From positions 1 through 64,000 of the forward strand of contig OZ218953.1 in NCBI GenBank assembly GCA_965112735.1: 64,000 nucleotides of DNA, written 5' to 3'. Source of the DNA: Phaeosaccion multiseriatum (Eukaryota; Protista; Ochrophyta, other classes). This document shows positions 56,677-64,000 of this stretch, in pieces (within the stretch, counting starts at the first letter, position 1; every line of letters begins with the position of its first letter). The position numbers and the translations under genes are program-made. The notes beneath the pieces are model-generated. The model worked only from the letters and a program-made list of their open reading frames with translations, made no database searches and had not been told where the DNA came from.

Positions 56677-59600
56677 CCTCCATGGACAGGGGCAGCTATG
56701 GGAGACTTGAAGGACGTGATACGAATAGAGCATGCTAAGGCAGTGGCAGCGTTTGGCGCTTATGCGGTACATTCCCAGAGGGAGGGCCTGAAGGAACTCG
56801 CGTCGGAGGTGCAGAACGAGATGACGAAGAGCAGGAAGGAGGGGCTGCCCTTCCAGAACTGCACCAACAACCATAGCCACCACATGGAGCCAAGGCATAG
56901 CAAGTACCGCCGTGCAGCCAGGCATGGTCACGATCCGCACGGGCATCACGGTCATGGGCATGGACATACCTGCGACACCGTGGCAGAGGACGATCCAGTG
57001 GCCGCTACCCAGAGGCACTTGCTCATGGACCAGCTGGAGGAGGTGGCCAGAGTAGAAAAGAAGCGTCTCACGGACCGAGTGGCCATGGGAGAGGCAGGTA
57101 CGTGAGTGAGTGAGTCTCACGTTCGTGGCAGCAGAGCTCTGTGCCTCTCGATAGCGCCCTCTTGTCCACTCTCAAAGCTCACCCCAGTATGCCCTACTTG
57201 CCTGCCGTCTTTGTGTGCTCGTCAGGGGCGGAGGTGAAGAGGAGGGAGGCTCTTTCGAAAGAGTTCCACCAGAAGGCGGGCCGCTTCATGATACTCTTTG
57301 AGCCCGGCGACTGCCACGAAGACTTCCGCCCTCAGGAAGAGTGGTGGGCAGACGCCGCACCAGGTAGAGCAGATGAGAAGGGGCACACGGGGCGCCCAGG
57401 GCCGGGGGCAGGGGGCAGGGGATCCATGGGATACGCTCATGACGCCTCGGACGATGCAAAGAGTGAATTTTCGCTGTACGCAAACACGCTCAACATTGTG
57501 GAGTCGCCCGACGTGGGCAGCAAGTGCGTCAAGCACTTCCGCAGTCCCTTCCGCTGGGAATACGACTCCGACGACAGCGGCGGCAGAGACAGCAGGGGCC
57601 TCGGCAGAGAGGAAGGTCCTCAGGCACCGAGCGAGTCTCGGAGCAGTCAGAGACTCTCTCGGGCACTCTCACACAAATCTTTACCGCAGCCACAGACTCA
57701 CCCCCACCCGCAGCGCCGCCGGAGCAGACCCGTGAGGCCCGGCAGGCCCGGCAGGAGACGGCGTATCGTGTATGACAAAAGCGTCGCCCTTCCCGTGCTG
57801 CACCTCAGTGCCGGCTATGGCTCCTTCGAGGGGCACCTGCGCATCCAATCCGGGGAGGTGGTGAGGGTGGTGAGTCCCGTGGAGGGCTTCGTGGACACGC
57901 AGCGCACGTACGTGGACACGTCGGGCCGCACTCGTCAGTACTCCATCCTGCACGCCATGACCACTTCCTTCCCCAGGGTGCAGAGCGTGGAGGCGTTCTG
58001 CGAGGTGGCGAGGTGTGTGCCTGCCAAGGGATGCCATCGGGCGCGCGCGTGTGTGTGTGTGCGTGTGTGTGTGTATGTGTGTGTGTGTTGTTCGGTCCCG
58101 CATTCTCAGCCTGCCATCCCCTCCCCCTCCCCTCCCTCGATGTCCGCTGCCTTTGCCTTCGCCTCTGCAGCTACTTCGTGCAGGGCATCTCTTTGGACAA
58201 CGCCCTCTTCATGGCCAGGGATGATTTCCTGGAGGGGGGGGGCTTCTTGAGGCAGCAGGACCTGCTTAACATGGGCAAGAGGTGGGGCAGACAAGTGCTC
58301 TTCTCAGCCGTGGAGGCCAGGAGGAGGGAGAGTAAGATACGGAACAGGCGGAGGAGGGGAAGAGAGGCAGCGCTCGCTCTGAGCGAGGGGCAGACAGCAG
58401 CGGCTCTGGCGGGGGGCGACGGGCTGCTGGGGAACAAGGAAGAGCAGAAGGCGGGGCAGAAGGAGGGCGAGAAGGAGGAGAAGGAGAAGGTGGAGGGAGA
58501 GGGAGAGGGAGAGGGAGAGGGAGAGGGTCTACTTGGCGGGGTGCTTGAGGAGTCGAGCGTGGGCATGGAAGGCAACAACGACGGCATGGAAGGTGGGGAG
58601 GACGGCGACGGCGACGGCGACGGAGAGGACTCCGAGGAGGAATGCGAACACAGCGCTGCCAAGCCTGTAGAGACGCTCTTCGTATCGCACCGCTGGGGAC
58701 GGCCCGACCTGCCCGACGATGAGGAAGGCTCGCAGTTCAAGGTGGTGCAGGACTTCCTCCGCACTCAGTCCATGGGCGCGCAGGTGCGGTGTGCCGACTT
58801 GGCCTGGCCCTCTCTTCGTCTCTCTCTCCCTCTCCTCTCTTTGTCCATCTCTGACTGCCTGGCTCTCTCTCCCGTCTCTCCCTCCCTCCCACTCTCCCTC
58901 CTTCCCTCCCTCTTCTCTCTCTCTATATATACATATGTGTGCGTGTGCGTGTGTGCACTGTGTGTGTGTGTGCGTGCTCCTCTCCAGTTAGCACTCGCCT
59001 CTGCCCGGCCTTACGTTCCGCCCGTGTCATGCCCCCCTCCCCTCCCCTCAAAGATCAAGTACGTGTGGGTGGACTACTCCTCCATCTCGCAGGAGAAGAG
59101 CAGTAAGGCATTCCAGCTGCAGCTCGACAACATCCCCACCAGTCTCTTCGTCTCGTGCACCACGCTCATCATCCCGCGCCGCTCTCCGACGGTGGTGGGG
59201 GCCCAGGGGGGGCAGGACGGGGTTGTGTACTTCAGCGACCTCCACGATTACTGCAACCGCGTGTGGTGCTCCATGGAGGTAAGCGTGTGGTGCTCCATGG
59301 AGGCAGGCACCTCACAGTTGGCACTCTCTCGCTCTGTAGGAAGGAAGGATGGAAAGGGGTGGGGTGGCTTGCTTGAATCGCTTGACTCGCTCCACGCAGG
59401 GGAGGGAGGCTGTGTAGTCTTGCCCCGCTCATCTTCTCCCCTCCTCCTCCCCCTCCCCCCCCCCCTCCCTCCAGAGTAACTGCTCTCTCATGACCCGTTC
59501 CAAGGTGGTCGTGTACTTCAGCCTAGGGGGCAAGTCGTGCTTCCTCCCCTTGGACTCTCACCAGACCATGCGTGAGGTGGCGGTGGAGGCGCTGTACCGC

Positions 59601-60881
59601 TTCAACATTTACCCCAAGGAGGCCATGCTCATGAACCTGCCGGGTACGTCAGTCACCATGGAATGGGCGTAAGAAGGGAGGGACTGCAGGGCCGGTTGGG
59701 GCTCGCTTCTTTCCTCCGCGCGGCACTGCTTCACTTTTGCGTCTTTTTGCCTGTCCTCCCTCTGACCCAAACTCACACGCACACGCACCCACACTCGCAC
59801 TCACACACGGACCCGTATCGGGGGGGAGCAGGAGCGGACGTGGCGGAGGCCAACTGGACAAGCGCTCTTGACCCCTCCGTGTCGCTGGAGAGGGTGCGGC
59901 GAGATACGCTGGCGCTCAAGGGGGACGGGGCTGTGATGCACGCAGTCAACACCCTGCAGCTCGGCAAGGAGGTGATGGAGGAGCGCTTCAGCTCGTGGCA
60001 CACGCTCGGTGGGTAGCGCGCGGGCCTGTCGGTCGGTCAGTCGGTCGGTCAGTCGGTCTGTCTTTCTCTCTGTCGGTCTGTCTGTCTGCCTCTCTATCTG
60101 TCTGTCTGCTACCTGCACTGTTCTGCGGAGGGGCGAGTGCTGCTGACCCGTGACTCTTCCGTTTCTTTGCCCTTCCCTGCCCTGCCCTGCCCTGCCCTGC
60201 CCTGCTCATATGCCTCTGCTCTGCCCCTCAGGGGAGGCGTACTGCGAGCAGGACCGCGTGGTGGTGCTCCGCCTGCTGGCCTTCTTCGTGTCGTTCTGTG
60301 AGGGCCTGCTCGCCCCTGAGCCCGACAAGGGCCGAGTGGTGCACCTTGTGTCCTCCTGCATGCACAAGGAGCTGGAGCAGCTCACGCTCAAGGAGGAGTA
60401 CATGAAGTGAGTGCCAGTAAGGCAGTGATCAGTGATCAGTAAGGCACTGATCAGTGATCAGTAAGGCAGTGATCAGTGATCAGTAAGGCCGTGATCAGTG
60501 ATCAGTAAGGCAGTGATCAGTGATCAGTAAGGCAGTGCTCAGTGATCAGTAAGGCAGTGATCAGTGATCGGTAAGGCAGTGATCAGTCATCAGTAAGGCA
60601 TGGAGTGGTACACGTACAAGCAGTAATTGAGGAGTGTCCACCCCCCCTCCCCTCACTCTCTTCATGCCCTCATGCCCCCCCCTCCTCCCCCCTCTCCACC
60701 CTCTCTTTAACCTCCTCTGCCCTCCTTTGCCCTCCTCTTCTCTCCTCCTCTTCCTTCAGTCCTCTGGAGCTCATTGAAGTTCTCGATATGATTCGCAGTG
60801 CTGGCAACAAAATGGAGCACAGGTCAGTCGGTCACTGCGCCTGGGTATGAGTGTGAGTGTGTGTGTGTGTGTGTGTGTGGG

Positions 60882-60929
<48 letters not shown>

Positions 60930-62031
60930 GGTCGGGGGGGGGGTGACGCGCGACCTTCCGTGCAGCCGCCACCCGAGCACGGAGCAAGGCAGACTCCGAT
61001 GGCAGTCGAATAGCACCTAAAGGTACACAACATTGTAGACTCGGCTGCTGACATGACTCCTACCCTCTCCCTTCAGCCGGCTGCACAAGATCGTGGTGAA
61101 GGACAACATCACGTGTGGGGCAGGCCTCGGGCCATTCGTCAAGGACTGCGCATACCTCACAGACCTCACAATCGTCAACGAGGTCAGTGGTCAGCAACAT
61201 CTGCTGCCATCCATCCGCCCTGTTTGCTGCCATCCGTCTGACCATTCTCTCCCCTGTCCTGTCCTTTCCCCTCCCCTGCCCCCCCCCTGTGCCAGGCCGT
61301 GTCTATGGCCACCCTCCCCGCTCTGCTCCTGGGCGTGCAGGGGCACCCCTCCCTGCAGCGGCTGAGGCTCGCCAGGAACGATATTGGCGACGACGGCTGC
61401 AAAGCGTTGGCAAAGGCTCTTGTGGCCTCCCCCATGGCCCCCCTGCAGGAGATTGACATCAGTCGGAATCGCATCGGTGGGTAGAGGCGTATGGGCGGGA
61501 GGGGGAGAGGGGCTCGTCCAAGAGGTGTCGGTTGCGTTGCATTGCTTCTCGCCTTGCGTTCCCTCCCACCTCAAGTCGCCCTCTCCCTCCCCTCACGCCT
61601 TCACCCCCTTACCCCAGGCAAGGAGGGTGCCAAGGAGCTGAGCATGGCTCTGGGCCGCAACAAGCGCCTCCTACTGCTGCGCCTGTCGCACAACCGCCTG
61701 CAGGATGAGGGGGCCGTACACCTGTACAGAGTGCTGAGCAGAGAGAGGAGCGTCGTGCTGGAGGAGCTCTTCCTGGAGGGGAACGGCATCGGCGCCGTCG
61801 GTGAGTGCTTAATGCTCGGGAGAGAGCTCTGCTGTGTGTTGGCTCTCATGCCTGCAGTGCCCTCCCCTCACGCTGCCCCCCTGCTTCCACATACGCCTCT
61901 AACCCCACCCCTTAGGTATCAAGGCCATCCAGCAGACACTCGTGCGCAATCCCTCCATCTCCATCCACATAGACGCGCCCAGGGCCCTCACGGACACGGG
62001 ACTCTCCTCCGTGCGCGTCGTCGTCAGCTGA
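56199..62031 (+). CDS. HET/TIR-like domain + RI-type LRR protein (multi-exon)
   Basis: HET-like motifs TLFVSHRW, IKYVWVDYSSISQ, DYCNRVWCSME. LRRs LQRLRLARNDIGDDGCKALAKAL, LQEIDISRNRIG, LRLSHNRLQDEGA, LEELFLEGNGIGAVG. TGA at 62029-62031. Confidence 0.8.
60416..60600. repeat. 22-bp minisatellite (CAGTAAGGCAGTGATCAGTGAT)n in intron
   Basis: Direct reading. Confidence 0.9.
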
Positions 62032-62184
62032 CGGCACAAGGCCAACAGAGGCAGCAGGCAGCAGCAGCAGCAGGCAGCGGCAGCAGGCAGAGCAGTACTT
62101 TCACTTGCGCTCTCAGCTCGTTTATCTATAGTACTTGTCTATTATATATACACAATGCCGACAGAGGCTCTTCTTTTGTTCTCT

Positions 62185-63058
62185 CTATGCCGTCGCCGCT
62201 CTCTCTTGGTGTTGGCCCCCATCCTCCAAAGCCGCCACTCGCTTCTCCAGCGCTGCGATGGTCACCTGAGTTTGAGGGGGGCAGAGGGAGCCAGGGGCGG
62301 ACTAAATGAAATTCGTGGGACGGAAACAAAGGAGGGGGGGGGGAGGAACGCACCTGCTGCTCCTTGACGGCCTCGACGAGCAGGCTTGTCAGCGTCGCGT
62401 ACTGCACGCCGAGATGCCCCTGCAGGCAGGCGGAGGGGAAAGGAGGAAAGGCCTGTGAGTCTTCGTCTAGTCAAGAGGGGAATGCAGCCACAGCGCACAC
62501 GCGCTATTGCCACTTGCCTCGTCGTCTACCTCCGCCACAAGCTCGGGCACGACTTGCTGGACCTCCTGGGCAATGAGGCCGTACTTTAGCGCAGTGCTGG
62601 AGGAGGGCGCGTCGGAGTTCCACAGGTACGTCACCCCTCGAAGGGCACACACCTTCTCCAGGGCCCCCTCCACGGCCTTCACGTCCTTCTTCCACCTCGA
62701 GTCCGAGTAAGTAAAAACAGAATCGGCCAAGTACCCAGCGCCTGTGTGGAGAGGGGGGAGGGGGGATGTTAGGGTCAAACAAGCGAGACAAGCGACACTG
62801 GACTGGCTAAGCCTGGTCCGGCAGAAGGGACTCACCAGCTGAGCTTATCGTGAACATAGCCGTATCCCCTGTGTCCACGAGGCTCAACAGATTGGCAGAT
62901 TGGGTTGCGTGTCCTTTGATGTAGAGCGGAATATCGGTGGCTGCGCTGGGCTCGATGGCAATCGTGCCATGGCTCACCACAGTCCCAACCGCTGCTTCAG
63001 AGCCATGTTGTAGCAAACAAGCCACCAGCAGGCAGAGTGTCAATGGTGCGAGCCACAT
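62185..63058 (-). CDS. Secreted protein with Peptidase S74 (intramolecular chaperone autoprocessing) domain, 4 exons, ~197 aa
   Basis: Exons 62836-63058, 62518-62741, 62354-62419 and 62185-62265. Motifs YSDSRWKKDV, ALEKVCALRGVTYLWN, YGLIAQEVQQVVPELV, GVQYATLTSLLVEAVKEQQVTIAALEKRVAALE. N-terminal signal peptide. Confidence 0.88.
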
Positions 63059-64000
63059 GTCAACCTTTTCCTTCTTTCGCGGAAAGGATATCTTGCTCGA
63101 ACGTTACATTAGTTGCCCTTCCTGAAACTTCAAACTCTCGCCAAGGCTCCTCTGCCCGACATGTCGGACATGTCGAGGCGACATGCCTATGAGCTGCCCG
63201 TCCGCCGTCACTACTCTGGCCACTGCGCGATCTCCCCTGTACGCCACGGGCCGTTGCGGCAGCGAGGTCCTTGGGCGCCATCGTGTTCATAGGGCTGAGG
63301 TAGAGAGAGAGAGAGAGAGAGAGAGGGCGGGGAGGAAGCGCTTGTCCGACGACCGCACGACACCGAACAGCCGAGGACAGTCTCCTCCTCCGCCTCCATT
63401 GGGCGGCATGAAAGGAGCTTTCCATGCTCTCTGTGCGGCCGGTGTTCCAGCCGCTGCTCAGCCGCTGCTCTTTCCGCTGAAGGAACTCCACACACGCCAT
63501 TCCCCTCGCATCCGCCTCTCCCACAATGAAGTCCATGTGACGCCGGCATCGGCCAACGCAACACAGCACAACTGCTCCAAATTCTCGTCTTCCGCGTCTT
63601 CCCACCGCGGAGCCCCTCCTCCTCCGTCCTACAGCCCGAGAGGCCACACACCGCCAAGTCTTGGCATTCTTACAAATGCGCCGTTGGCATGGACCCACCG
63701 CGTCATCTCCTCAAACACGCTGCACGCGATATCCAATTGTCGACCACCTGCCGCATACTCTCTCGTGGCCATCTCTGGACACGCCCTCTTGTCTCACGCA
63801 CAACCCACCCCTCTTCTGACAGCAACCCCTGCAACAATACAGGCAGGCAGGCTCATGCCATCTTCCACCGCCCAATCTGCACATTGGCATGCCGCCCCCT
63901 CAAAGCGACAGCTGAGAGGAACAGCGGCGGCGTACCAAGCACGCTTTCTTCATGGTACGAAGTGCCCCTTCCCCACGAAGACGAAAGCCGACTGCTGGCT

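Noticed and set aside
57800-57900. SH3-like pattern (LRIQSGEVVRVV) in the HET-LRR gene
   Set aside because: The conserved Trp and GxxP motifs of SH3 are not evident.
62185-63058. Prophage or bacterial contamination suggested by the S74 domain
   Set aside because: The gene has spliceosomal introns, a eukaryotic-type signal peptide and host-like neighbours, and no other phage genes are present.
63060-64000. Minus-strand ORFs at the window end
   Set aside because: No recognisable motifs or consistent exon chain within the window.

Overview
This window is the left end of a eukaryotic chromosome. The organism is probably an alga with a red-derived secondary plastid (ochrophyte-like), inferred from bipartite 'ASA-F/VQA-F' plastid leaders and theta- and iota-type carbonic anhydrases; the taxon cannot be fixed from sequence alone. 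About 6.2 kb of (CCCTAA)n telomere is joined, with no subtelomeric repeat, into the last exon of a coiled-coil gene, so the spliced frame runs into the telomere. About 13 GC-rich, mostly multi-exon genes follow, and their introns are packed with diverse micro/minisatellites. Recognisable products: an F-box/FNIP-repeat protein, an adjacent theta-CA (LCIB family) and iota-CA (COG4875, HHSS motif, apparent thylakoid-lumen signal), two paralogous HET/TIR-like + LRR proteins, a type I membrane protein with a tandem-exon acidic stalk (EGF-PSI-TM-UIM), NAA20, and a secreted Peptidase S74 (phage tail-fibre chaperone) protein. Five complete short TIR elements of four sequence families share (T)CG...CGA ends, mostly with 6-bp TSDs, and each lies just upstream of a gene. 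Most long ORFs in the supplied track are translations of intronic repeats. Exon models were assembled by eye and need RNA-seq confirmation.
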